DNA of 64,000 nucleotides from an uncultured delta proteobacterium (GCA_963708295.1 CAVPSJ010000017.1:1-64000), one strand, 5' to 3'. Positions 52,223-62,464 are shown, counted from the first letter of the stretch. Numbers and translations: made by a program. The notes: a model not told the origin generated them from the letters alone.

Positions 52223-52566
52223 CAGCCTGAATAGTCCGTGAGTTCGTAAAGTCTTCGTTTGCCTTCTCCTTCCGCGCCGTCACCGGCACTCACTTGTTTG
52301 TTGTTGCTGTTCAGCGTCCAGTTCAAGGACAGCCAGTTGTCATACAACAGGTCCTCAATCAGAGTCCAGAAGGTTTTCCTCGACAATTCGAATAATCGCT
52401 TCACGGATTGAAATGAACAATTATTATACTGCATTGTGTAATTTGTAAGAATCCTACCCATTCAGGTGCTTTTTGTCAATGAGAAATCAGGAAAGTCATG
52501 GGCTTCTCAGTATAGGGGCTGCCAATATAATCGGAAGGTTATCACAATTTGGGATTTTCTGCGAGC

Positions 52567-52662
52567 GAATAATTTCTTAAGAATGAAATGTTATATTGCG
52601 TGTCTATAATTCCTAAGGTCTATTATTCTGAGCATTCATCATTGAGGATTTCCGCCGAAAGA
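52567..52662 (+). repeat. Direct repeat ending in an A box (partner 54641-54737)
   Basis: GAATAATTTxTTAAxAAxGAAATGTTATAT...CCxAAGG shared. Confidence 0.55.
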
Positions 52663-52735
52663 ACGAATAACGGGTTCCTTAGCTGCAACGGTTAGCTGTT
52701 GGCGGAAAGATCAAGGTTAGGAATTCCCGCCTTAT

Positions 52736-53648
52736 TCAAAAATTGCTCCTATTCGGTCGTCCGGCAAGGTATTTCGACAGACGCTCATAAGACAGAAGGT
52801 AAAATGCCGCCAACCCCCGGTATGGCTTAAAGAGTGATAATTTTCTCATCGTTCCTTGTGGCGACAAACGCTGTCCGCGACCGAGATAGCGACCGACAAT
52901 ACTTCTAATACCGAGATCTTCTGCGGGGACCCGGTCCGGACGGCTTAGGCCTCGAACAAGAAAATACTCGGCCGACCAGGGCCCAAGACCCCGTACCTGG
53001 AGGAGAACAGATCGAACATCTTCGTCGGACATCGCCTCTAACTGGTCAAGATCAAGCAGTCCATTAGCCACCTTATGAGCCACTCCCTTCACATACTCTG
53101 CTTTGCGTTGAGAAAGTCCGCATGTCATAAGATCTGCCGCTGAACTCTCACTCAATCGTCTCGGGGTTGGAAAAGCCCAAAGGCCATTCACAGGGTCCCC
53201 AAACCGTTCGATCATCCGCGTTCTAATACGATAAGCAGCTGCCAAAGAGATCTGTTGCTCGGTGATGGCAATGACAAGCATTTCAAATAAAGATGCAGGT
53301 CGAATCGGCTTGAGGCCATGCAATTCTTGGGTTATCCGCCCTAAGACTGAGTGGGATGCCGTGAGCTGGTAGAATGGCAAAAGATCCAGCTCAGCGGAGA
53401 TGATCCATCTCGCTATCCGGTTGACCTCTGATGCACTGTCCGGCTAGATCGGTCCGTATCTCAAACGTAGGAGGATCACGACGGACTTGGCTCAATTCCA
53501 ACGTTGTCGGGATATCTCGGATTCTAACCGCGGAGCGAAGAACAGAGAAATCCTGGAATGGATCAGGCGAAAAACTCCTCGCAACACGCAAAGACAATTC
53601 AAAATCATGCGGACCAACTGACGAGATAGAAAACGCAGTCATGTTCAT
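52736..53648 (-). CDS. alkA: DNA-3-methyladenine glycosylase II (AlkA-like), one frameshift near 53390
   Basis: FEMLVIAITEQQIS, FPTP, GLSQRKAEY, RGLGPWSAE, EDLG. Confidence 0.8.
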
Positions 53649-53822
53649 ACCGATGGCCTATGTTCTTCATTCGCAAACTCCTAACGCAAAAATCAACCAC
53701 GAGTCTAACGAGTCGGCTGCACTGCCTTCGGCAATCAATTGGCCTTTATTTCCTGTCGCTTGTCCGTTGTGACCCCATCCTCTCTGATATTTACAGCCAG
53801 CTTACTGATTTTGCCAATGTAG

Positions 53823-54430
53823 GATATTCGACGGAAGGAGGTTGATAGTTATCTGCCGGATATCCCAGCGCGCATCCATCAAGCGCATATTCCCCAGCGG
53901 GAATATTCGAGAAGTCTGCAAAAATCAGGGTCACTATCCATTTGCATCGTTGCACTGACAAGTTGAAGACCAATACCGAGTGATGTTGCTTTCAGCCACA
54001 TATTCTGAAGGCAGTAGCTAAGCGATTGTGCGGCAACTGGAGGCATTCCTTTTCTTTCTCCGACAACAACAAAATATGGTGCATTACCGACACCGGGTAC
54101 GCCTTGTTGTCCGATTCGTTTTAGATTCTGCACAAAAGGAACAGGTCCCACCTTCTTTTCAAGTTCATCGGCCAGCTTTGCCATTCGGTTTTTGAGAATA
54201 TCCGCTGCGGCTTCCATCGCTGATGACGAGTTTCGAATCACGAATACCTTTCTAAAGTCAGGTTTCCCGGCAACCGCAAGTGCTCCAAATGGAGCTAACA
54301 GGCCCGCTTGGATTATTGCCTCAATAGCCTCTTGGCTTGGCGGGATAGAGCTAAATGCTCTTACTGAGCGCCGTGCTCTTATGATTACATCAAGGGCTGC
54401 ACTGTGTTCGGGGGTGATGTTTTCAAACAT
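53823..54430 (-). CDS. Nitroreductase family protein (frameshift near 3' end)
   Basis: RRSVRAF, AGLLAP, QNMWLKATSLGIG; C-terminus ALGYP in another frame. Confidence 0.8.
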
Positions 54431-54640
54431 CCTGTTCTCCTTTCATTTGTTGTCTTTTCTCTTATGCCTAACAATCATCATGCTACAAGGAATAATTTCT
54501 TGAATTTTATCCCCAAGAGCACTTTCTGTCAATCAATTCGGGCCTCTTAGCATTCTACCGATAAAGCGAATCATGATGGACTTCTTATCGTATTTTTACT
54601 TTCAGGATATTTCAGCGATTATAAACCCTTTATTCTATTT

Positions 54641-54782
54641 GAATAATTTGTTAAAAACGAAATGTTATATGACGTGAATATCGTTCCCAAGGGTTATGAT
54701 TATCGATTATTCACGCTCAACACTTTCCAGTTGAAACATTGTATAAACAAGGTCGCTTCAAGGTTGAGGACTTTAGGAATAA
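54641..54782 (+). repeat. Last multi-box element copy (A-B), right edge of the array
   Basis: ACTTTCCAGTTGAAAC 54722, TAGGAAT 54774 (52). Confidence 0.55.
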
Positions 54783-55038
54783 GTAAATAATCTATTTAGA
54801 ATTGTATGTAGGATGAGATTTTCATTTGACCAAAGTAATAGTTTCACAGGGCACTTGAATGCAGCCGGGACCAGGGCTCAAAAAGTTGGTGACCGCGGGT
54901 TGGTACGGAGGTCGTTCGTCCACTGAATACTCTTGACGAACGGAGGCGTTTTGGATAAATTTACTTGTCAAGTCATTTCGGGGGTGGCGCACGCAGGGCC
55001 TATCCTGAACCTACCTCTTCTCGACAGGGAGCTTTTCT

Positions 55039-55377
55039 GTGGCAAAGTTTTCAACTTGGTTTAAAGTAAAGGTAGTCCTCATCTGCATCGGCGTTATCAT
55101 CTTATTGGCCCTCTACAGCTATTTCATCCCCGATACGGTCCGGACCAGGATAACCGACGCCCAGATGGCGAAGGTCGATGGACGCTTCATGATCGCAACC
55201 GAATACCGGCCGTTCGTGAACTATGACGCGAAGTACCGTTTCAAATTCAACTCGGGTACGATCCAGAACGAAGCCATCAGGCTGAAGGGGAAGGAAGCCA
55301 AGATCAGGAAATATGGGTGGAGGGTTCCGGTATTTTCCATGTATGAAAATGTCGTTTCCATCAAAGAAGTAAAGTAG
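55039..55377 (+). CDS. DUF1523-like membrane-anchored protein
   Basis: TM, FKFNSGTIQ, YGWRVPVFSMYENVVSIK. Confidence 0.65.
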   Translation: MAKFSTWFKVKVVLICIGVIILLALYSYFIPDTVRTRITDAQMAKVDGRFMIATEYRPFVNYDAKYRFKFNSGTIQNEAIRLKGKEAKIRKYGWRVPVFSMYENVVSIKEVK

Positions 55378-55481
55378 GTTGTAGACTTCCTGCAGAGCAA
55401 AAGTAAAAGAAATCGACCCTTTCCTCGGGACGAGTCGATTCCGACCGCCAGGGGAGGGGGGGGTATAAAAAAGGTTTGCTC

Positions 55482-56486
55482 ATGACCCTTCCCATCATCG
55501 GGATCACAATGGGTGATCCGACCGGCATCGGACCGGAGATCATCGTGAAGGCTTTATCCACGGACGAGCCGTTTCGAGTCTGCCGACCCGTAGTCTTCGG
55601 CGACCATGGGGTGCTTTCAAGGGCCATCCGGATCCAAAACCTTTCCGCGACTTTGGAGGCCATCGATCGTATTCCGCGGGATGGATACGCCCCCCGGAAG
55701 ATATTTTTCTTTCCTTTAACTCAATTGGAGGTCGCTTCTCTCCGCTTCGGACAGCCGGATCGGGCGTGCGGGGAGGCAATGGTGAGATATATTGAAGCGG
55801 CGGTCAAGCGGGCAAAGGACCGAGACCTGGACGCCATCACCACCTGTCCGATCAATAAAAAGGCGATGAATGAGGCGGGTTTTTTCTTTCCCGGCCACAC
55901 GGAGCTCTTGGCCCATCTGACGGAAGCCCCGTCGGTCGCCATGATGTTTCTGGGATCGAAGTGGAGAATCGTTCTGGCGACGATTCATCTTCCTTTGAAG
56001 GATGTTTCAAGATGGATCAGCAAAGACCGCATCCTCTCAACCCTTCGCTTAACAGACGAAGGGATGAAGAAGCACTTCGGCATTCCTCACCCGAAAATCG
56101 CGGTCCTCGGCCTCAACCCCCATTGCGGAGAAGAAGGACTGCTGGGGGATGAAGAGAAAAGAGAGATCCTCCCGGCCATTGAAGAGGCGAAAGTCCTTGG
56201 AATGGATGCTGCAGGACCTTTTCCCGCCGACTCTTTTTTCAATATGTCGGGCCGTTACGCCTTTGATGCCGTCATCGCCATGTACCACGACCAGGGACTG
56301 ATCCCGATCAAGATGATAGATTTCAAGGAGGCGGTCAATTTTACTTTGGGCCTGCCTTTTGTCCGGACATCAGTCGACCACGGGACAGCTTATGACATTT
56401 CCGGAAAGGGATTGGCCGATCCGACCAATCTCGTTAAAGCCATCTTCACAGCAGCTAACCTTTCGAAATCAAAAAAAGATTATTAA
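55482..56486 (+). CDS. pdxA: 4-hydroxythreonine-4-phosphate dehydrogenase
   Basis: TMGDPTGIGPE, GHTE, LNPHCGE, YHDQG, RTSVDHGTAYDI. Confidence 0.95.
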   Translation: MTLPIIGITMGDPTGIGPEIIVKALSTDEPFRVCRPVVFGDHGVLSRAIRIQNLSATLEAIDRIPRDGYAPRKIFFFPLTQLEVASLRFGQPDRACGEAMVRYIEAAVKRAKDRDLDAITTCPINKKAMNEAGFFFPGHTELLAHLTEAPSVAMMFLGSKWRIVLATIHLPLKDVSRWISKDRILSTLRLTDEGMKKHFGIPHPKIAVLGLNPHCGEEGLLGDEEKREILPAIEEAKVLGMDAAGPFPADSFFNMSGRYAFDAVIAMYHDQGLIPIKMIDFKEAVNFTLGLPFVRTSVDHGTAYDISGKGLADPTNLVKAIFTAANLSKSKKDY

Positions 56487-56635
56487 AATTTCAACCCGAA
56501 AGAAAGGTATTGACAAAAAAAATGTTTTGAGCTAAAAAACATACTTGTGAAAATTATCTCTTGAACTAACCCATACCCCTTCTTTCTTCATTTCGTCACC
56601 TTTCAAGCAACGGGGGGAATAAAAGGAGAATCAAA

Positions 56636-57919
56636 ATGAGAGAAGTTGTGATTGTTAGCGCAGCCAGAACGGCTGTCGGTACGTTCGGGGCCTCCTTGAA
56701 AGATGTCTCGGCCATCAAATTGGGCGCCCTCGCCATCGGAGCGGCCATCAAAAAGGCCCGTTTCAAGCCGATCGTTACAAAGGAGCTTCGCGATGTCGCT
56801 CCCGATGCATTCAAGGGAGCAGGAATGACGGAGCTGGAAAAATCCCATTACAAGTGGGATGAGTCCATGCAAGGGGTTCAAGTGGATGAAGTGATTATGG
56901 GTAATGTGCTTCAGGCCGGCCAGGGACAGAATCCGGCCCGCCAGGCAATGATTCATGCGGGAGTCCCGAAGGAAACCAATGCTTTTACGGTCAGCAAGGT
57001 CTGTGCCTCCGGCATGAAAAGCATCGCATTAGGCGCTCAGTCCATCATGCTGGGGGACGCAGACGTCGTGGTGGCGGGTGGAATGGAGAACATGAGTCAG
57101 GTCCCCTATGCGTTCCCTCAGGGCCGCTGGGGAGCCAGGATGTTCAACCAGGAGATGGTCGATTTGATGGTGTTCGACGGTCTCTTTGAAATTTTCTACG
57201 GCTACCACATGGGACTCACCGCCGAAAACATCGCTGAGAAATTCGGAATATCGAGAAAGGAACAGGATGAATTAGGATTGATGAGCCACCAGAGGGCGAG
57301 GGCCGCCATCAAAAATGGACTTTTCAAGGAGGAGATCGTTCCGGTGATGATCCCGCAAAGAAAGGGTGAACCCATCATCTTCGATACGGATGAAAGACCC
57401 ATGGATACCTCACTGGAAAAGATGGGAAAGCTCCCGACCGCCTTCAAGGCCGGGGGAACTGTTACCGCGGGGAATGCTTCCGGGATCAATGACGCCGCTG
57501 CCGCTGTCGTGTTAATGTCTCTGGAAATGGCAAAGACCTTGAAATTAGAACCGATGGGCACGATTCGGTCTTACGCCGCCGGAGGGGTTGACCCGGCCTA
57601 TATGGGATTAGGCCCCATCCCTGCGGTGAGAAAAGCCCTGAAAAAGGCCGGGGTCGGTTTGAGTGACATCGGGCTGGTTGAACTGAACGAAGCTTTCGCT
57701 TCCCAGGCGATTGCGTGCATCCGGGAGCTGAAATTTGATATGGAAAAGACCAATGTCAACGGGAGCGGGATCTCCCTCGGTCATCCGATCGGATGCTCGG
57801 GAGCGAGGTTGATTGTGACGCTGCTCCACGAAATGGAGCGGAGGAAAACCAATCTTGGTCTTGCCACCCTCTGTATCGGGGGCGGCCAGGGCATGGCGAT
57901 GATTGTCGAAAGGAGTTAA
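56636..57919 (+). CDS. Acetyl-CoA C-acetyltransferase (thiolase)
   Basis: KVCASG, GNASGINDAA, NEAFA, GHPIGCSG, CIGGGQG. Confidence 0.95.
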   Translation: MREVVIVSAARTAVGTFGASLKDVSAIKLGALAIGAAIKKARFKPIVTKELRDVAPDAFKGAGMTELEKSHYKWDESMQGVQVDEVIMGNVLQAGQGQNPARQAMIHAGVPKETNAFTVSKVCASGMKSIALGAQSIMLGDADVVVAGGMENMSQVPYAFPQGRWGARMFNQEMVDLMVFDGLFEIFYGYHMGLTAENIAEKFGISRKEQDELGLMSHQRARAAIKNGLFKEEIVPVMIPQRKGEPIIFDTDERPMDTSLEKMGKLPTAFKAGGTVTAGNASGINDAAAAVVLMSLEMAKTLKLEPMGTIRSYAAGGVDPAYMGLGPIPAVRKALKKAGVGLSDIGLVELNEAFASQAIACIRELKFDMEKTNVNGSGISLGHPIGCSGARLIVTLLHEMERRKTNLGLATLCIGGGQGMAMIVERS

Positions 57920-58090
57920 ATCCGAAGCACGAAATCCCTGCCTTCGACGAAGCGGCTTCGCGCAGGCAGGCGAAATCCTAAACAAACTCGAATGACCGAA
58001 ATTCAAAATTTGGGTTTCGTTGCCTTTGAAATTTGAAAATTCGAATTTTGAAATTGTTTCGAGTTTCGATATTCGAGTTTCGAATTTTAG
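57917..58090. repeat. Heptamer-periodic imperfect inverted-repeat region
   Basis: AAATCCGAAGCACGAAATCC...AAACTCGAA versus TTCGAGTTTCGATATTCGAGTTTCGAATTT. Confidence 0.6.
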
Positions 58091-58109
58091 GACATTAAAG
58101 GGAGGCGAG

Positions 58110-58893
58110 ATGGACTATAAAAATATTCTGTTGTCCTTCGAAGGAGGAATCGGGATCCTCGCGCTGAACCGGCCGAAGGCGCTCAATGCGCTGAATATCG
58201 AGACGCTGAAGGATATCCAGGCGGGAATTCAGGAGGTGAGGGACCATTCCGAAGCGAAGGTTCTCATCATGACCGGGAGCGGAGAGAAAGCGTTCGTGGC
58301 GGGGGCCGATATCGCAGAGATGAAGGGAATGAACTCTTTTGAAGCCCTCAACTTTGCAAAATTGGGCCATCTCACCCTGAAGATGATCCAGGACCTTGAT
58401 CGACCGGTCATCGCGGCCGTCAATGGCTTTGCCCTCGGAGGAGGGACGGAGATTGCTCTTGCCTGCGATTTCATCTACGCCTCCGAGAATGCAAGATTCG
58501 GATTTCCCGAGGTGACCCTCGGCATCTTTCCGGGCTTCGGAGGGACCCAGCGACTCCCCCGTCTGATCGGGAAAGGAAAAGCAAAGGAGCTGATCCTAAC
58601 GGGGAAGATGATCACGGCTCAGGAGGCCTATCAGATGGGGATTGTGAATCGGATATTTCCCCAGGCCTCGCTGATGGAGGAGACCAAGAAAGCGGCCCTC
58701 CAGATCGCGGCCAACGGGTCCATCGGAGTGAGATTAGCCAAGATGGTAGTGGATGCCGGTTTCAATATGGATCTTGACAGAGGCGTTAAATCTGGAATCC
58801 TATGCCTTCAGCTTCGGGTTTACCACCGAAGATCAGAAGGAAGGGATGACGGCATTCGTTGAGAAGAGGAAGCCCAACTTCAAAGGGAAATAG
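58110..58893 (+). CDS. crt: Enoyl-CoA hydratase (crotonase); one extra base near 58775
   Basis: [34 protein letters not shown]; the shifted frame gives [21 protein letters not shown]. Confidence 0.9.
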
Positions 58894-58902
58894 GAGGAGA
58901 AA

Positions 58903-59703
58903 GTGAAAATCGCCGTATGCATCAAACAGGTTCCGGACACGACAGATGTGAAGATTGACCCGAAGACCAATACACTGGTCCGGGAGGGTGTGGCTAGCAT
59001 TACCAACCCCTTCGATGAGTATGCGGTCGAAGAAGCGCTTCTCATCAAAGAGAAGCACGGGGGAGAAGTCCACGTGATCAGCATGGGCCCTCCTCAGGCC
59101 TCCGAAGTGTTGAAAAACGCGCTGGCCGTAGGTGCGGATAAGGTTTATCTGGTCTCGGACAGGGCCTTTGCAGGAGCAGACACATTGGCGACGGCTTATA
59201 CGGTTGCCACGACCATTAAGAAGGTTGCCGCGGATGTGGATCTGGTGATTTGCGGAAAGCAGGCCATCGACGGGGATACGGCCCAAGTCGGGCCCGGTAT
59301 TGCCACGCGCCTGGGCATCCCGCAACTGACATATGTTTCAAAGGTCAAAGAGATTGACCCCGCAAAAAAGAGAATTGTGGTTGAACGATTGCTGGAGAAT
59401 GGAAAAGAAATTGTGGAATCCTCGCTTCCCGCATTGATCACGGTCGTTAAAGGTATCAATGAGCCGAGACTTCCTTCGCTTTTAGGGATAAAGAAGGCGG
59501 CCAAGGCGCCGATTCCTGTGTTGACCGCCAAAGATATCGGCGCGGATGAGAATCGCATCGGATTGAAGGGATCACCGACCTGGGTGACGAAGGTGTTTTC
59601 TCCCGAGGCCAGAGGCGGCGGCGGCGAGATTCTAAAAGGAGAACTCCCGGAAGTGGCTGCTCTTCTCGTGAACAAATTGATGGATACGAAACTTATCAAA
59701 TAA
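58903..59703 (+). CDS. etfB: Electron transfer flavoprotein beta subunit
   Basis: CIKQVPD, NPFDEYAVE, GKQAIDGDTAQVG. Confidence 0.95.
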   Translation: MKIAVCIKQVPDTTDVKIDPKTNTLVREGVASITNPFDEYAVEEALLIKEKHGGEVHVISMGPPQASEVLKNALAVGADKVYLVSDRAFAGADTLATAYTVATTIKKVAADVDLVICGKQAIDGDTAQVGPGIATRLGIPQLTYVSKVKEIDPAKKRIVVERLLENGKEIVESSLPALITVVKGINEPRLPSLLGIKKAAKAPIPVLTAKDIGADENRIGLKGSPTWVTKVFSPEARGGGGEILKGELPEVAALLVNKLMDTKLIK

Positions 59704-59761
59704 TAGCGCGATGCCCCATGCCCTATGCGCTTAGCTTTATTCTCGTGAGGAGGAGAATCAA

Positions 59762-60967
59762 ATGGCCAAATTGATTATCGATAAAGAGACTTGCACCGGA
59801 TGTGAATCCTGTATTTCCGCCTGCCCTTTCGGCGCACTGAGTATGAAGGAAGAGGTCGCCACGGTCGATGAGAAGTGCACCTTCTGCGGCGCCTGTGTGG
59901 ATGTCTGCCCGGTGGGTGCGATTACCTTGGAGAAAGAAGAGAAGGCCGTCACGATTGATATCGGCGCTTATAAAGACGTCTGGGTTTTTATCGAGCACGA
60001 ATTCGGCAAGGTCTCAAATGTTTCCTTCGAACTTCTCGGCGAAGGGAGGAAGCTGGCCGATGGCGTAGGAAGCAAGCTGTGCGGGATACTCTTTGGGGAC
60101 AAGGAGACCGTTGACAAATTTGCCAAAGAGGCCATTGCCTACGGGGCGGAGAAGGTCTACGTGATGGAAAGCCCGTTGCTCAAAGACTATCGCACCGATC
60201 CTTATGCCAAGGCTGCCATCGACCTCATTCGGAAATATAAACCGGAGATCGTCCTTTTCGGGGCGACCACCCAGGGTCGAGATTTTGCAGGAACGGTGGC
60301 CACCACCATCGAGGTCGGATTAACGGCCGACTGTACAGGGCTGGACATCGATCCCGAAACGAAATATCTCAAACAGACCCGGCCGGCTTTCGGCGGAAAC
60401 ATCATGGCCACGATTCTCGACTATCCCAACTACCGCCCTCAGATGTCAACCGTCCGGCCCAAGGTCTTCGCCATGCCCCCGAGGGATGATTCGAGAAAGG
60501 GAGAGGTGATTCGCGAAACGCTCCAGATGGCCGAAGATCAGATCCGGACAAAGGTTCTGGAATTCATGAAAGGGGCGGAAACGATCAATCTCGCGGATGC
60601 GGAGATCATCGTCTCAGGAGGCAGGGGGATGGGGGGGCCCGAGAATTTTAAAGTCATCCGCGAGTTGGCGGATGTTCTCGGGGCTGCCGTCGGGGCCTCT
60701 CGTGCAGCCGTCGATTCAGGCTGGGTTCCTTATGAACATCAGGTCGGGCAGACGGGGCGGACCGTTCGGCCCAAGATTTATATCGCCTGTGGAATCTCCG
60801 GTTCCATTCAACACCAGGCGGGCATGAAGACATCAGATATTATCGTCGCCATCAATAAGGATGCGGAAGCTCCCATTTTTAAGATCGCCACCTATGGAAT
60901 TGTTGCCGATCTTTTTACCGCCGTTCCCTTGGTGACGCAGGAGTTCAAAAAACGTTTGGGAAGATAG
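59762..60967 (+). CDS. etfA: Electron transfer flavoprotein alpha subunit with N-terminal 2x[4Fe-4S] domain
   Basis: CTGCESCISACP, CTFCGACVDVCP, GLTADCT, QVGQTG, GISGSIQH. Confidence 0.95.
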   Translation: MAKLIIDKETCTGCESCISACPFGALSMKEEVATVDEKCTFCGACVDVCPVGAITLEKEEKAVTIDIGAYKDVWVFIEHEFGKVSNVSFELLGEGRKLADGVGSKLCGILFGDKETVDKFAKEAIAYGAEKVYVMESPLLKDYRTDPYAKAAIDLIRKYKPEIVLFGATTQGRDFAGTVATTIEVGLTADCTGLDIDPETKYLKQTRPAFGGNIMATILDYPNYRPQMSTVRPKVFAMPPRDDSRKGEVIRETLQMAEDQIRTKVLEFMKGAETINLADAEIIVSGGRGMGGPENFKVIRELADVLGAAVGASRAAVDSGWVPYEHQVGQTGRTVRPKIYIACGISGSIQHQAGMKTSDIIVAINKDAEAPIFKIATYGIVADLFTAVPLVTQEFKKRLGR

Positions 60968-60979
60968 TTTTTTGAAAGA

Positions 60980-61150
60980 CAATCCAAATGCCAAAGTTCG
61001 CACGAAGTGATGAACCGAAGGTGAATCAAGGTCAAATCAATGCCTGAATTTCAAATGTCAAATTTACTGCTTTGGGCAGGCAGGAAATTTGATTTTTGGG
61101 ATGGGTCATTCCTTTTTTTCGTTTGAACTTTGAGCTTTGACATTTGGCAT
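60980..61150. repeat. Heptamer-periodic imperfect inverted-repeat region
   Basis: CAAATGCCAAA...CAAATGTCAAA versus TTTGAACTTTGAGCTTTGACATTTGGCATT. Confidence 0.55.
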
Positions 61151-61232
61151 TTTTCCCATCCCCTCCATTTTGTTCTTGATTTTTTCCATTCCTTTCATCA
61201 TAATGTCGAAAAGTTGCTAAAAGAGGTTTTCC

Positions 61233-62225
61233 ATGATCATCACGTGCGCCTCCTGCTTGACCAAGTTTAATTTAGACGATTCTCTAATCCAGGCGAAGGG
61301 CATCAAGGTTCGGTGTTCGCGATGCAAACATACATTCTATGTCGTTCCTCCACCGGAGACGAAACAGGAGATCATCGAGAACGCTGAATCCTTTGCCAAG
61401 TATCATGCAGATTTGATGGAACCGGGCGAGAGAAAAGAGGAGGCCCCCCCGGAGCCAATCGCCCAGGAAGAAATGGCGGTGCCAGAGACGGAAGAGGAAC
61501 CGGCATTCCTCTTTTCGAAGAAGGCTCCGATAGAGGAAGCGGAGCAATCGGCTCCCCCTCGCAAGGCGGAGGAACCGGCTCCTTTGGAAGAAGCAGGAGC
61601 ATTCCTCTTTGAAGAGCCAAGAAAGGCGGAGAGAGAGGAAACGAAGCCCGCCAAGCCGAAGACCATGATGCGGGCTGAAAAAAGAGGCCCTCTTCGATTC
61701 CTTCCGATGGGAATCATCCTGGTCCTCCTGATCTTGGGTGTCTTCTATGTATGGTCCGAGTTGAGTTCCGGCGGCAGACTCTCCTCCTATTTGGATTATT
61801 CAGTGAAGAAGATGAATGATCTTTGGACACAGCTTTGGGGGGTGGAAAAAGAAGATCTGAGCGTCGGAGATCTCAGCAGGTATGACGAGCAGGGTGAGGC
61901 CCTCACCCTGTTTATCATCGAGGGAAAAGTAAAAAATCAGTCCAAGTTCACCAAAAAGTACATCAAGGTAAGAATCATTATTTTTGATGAAGAGAAGGCC
62001 AAGCTGGCTGAGCAGGACGCGATCTGCGGCCGCATCATTCCTCGGGAAGAATTGAAGAATCTACCCCCGGAATTTTTCCAGGGGGACATGACGATTAAAC
62101 CTCAAACAGAGCAAGAGATGGTCACGCCTTCGGGCAAGACAACTCCTTTTATGGTCATTTTTAAGGATCTTTCCAGCCGGGCCAAAGATTTCAAATACGA
62201 GATCGTAGAAGCACCGAATCTTTAA
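61233..62225 (+). CDS. MJ0042-type zinc-ribbon + DUF3426 membrane protein
   Basis: CASC...VRCSRCKHTF, Glu/Pro linker, TM, IIEGKVKN...PFMVIF. Confidence 0.85.
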   Translation: MIITCASCLTKFNLDDSLIQAKGIKVRCSRCKHTFYVVPPPETKQEIIENAESFAKYHADLMEPGERKEEAPPEPIAQEEMAVPETEEEPAFLFSKKAPIEEAEQSAPPRKAEEPAPLEEAGAFLFEEPRKAEREETKPAKPKTMMRAEKRGPLRFLPMGIILVLLILGVFYVWSELSSGGRLSSYLDYSVKKMNDLWTQLWGVEKEDLSVGDLSRYDEQGEALTLFIIEGKVKNQSKFTKKYIKVRIIIFDEEKAKLAEQDAICGRIIPREELKNLPPEFFQGDMTIKPQTEQEMVTPSGKTTPFMVIFKDLSSRAKDFKYEIVEAPNL

Positions 62226-62308
62226 GAAGTAAACTGTTTTTTTACTTGACCCAAAACCCATGGTGGGATGATCGTTCAACATGAATGCTTTCGTGGAATT
62301 AATCCGTA

Positions 62309-62464
62309 TTACTTCAATATCTCCTCATCCTAGATTTTCTCAAATTTTAGCGTGTGTTTAGCCTCCTCTTAGGCCAGGAAGGCAAAGAGCTGCCTTAAGT
62401 CTTCATCCCTGCACGACGCTTTCAGGTCGTTATAAAGTTTCGCGGAATGTTCTTCGTTCTTCAT
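62309..62464 (-). pseudogene. Rubrerythrin/ferritin-like C-terminal fragment with two in-frame stops
   Basis: MKNEEHSAKLYNDL...LFAFLA*EEAKH..KFEKI*DEEIL. Confidence 0.55.

Noticed and set aside
540-54782. Classical integron with attC sites
   Set aside because: No consistent RYYYAAC/GTTRRRY ends or whole-site palindrome, no intI, and the modules carry their own promoters and terminators.
54840-55035. tRNA or tmRNA integration site at the array boundary
   Set aside because: No cloverleaf, T-loop motif or CCA end recognised.
5594-58893. Widespread frameshifts as programmed recoding or certain pseudogenisation
   Set aside because: A single-base indel also hits the housekeeping crotonase and some fall in homopolymers; sequencing error is at least as likely without reads.
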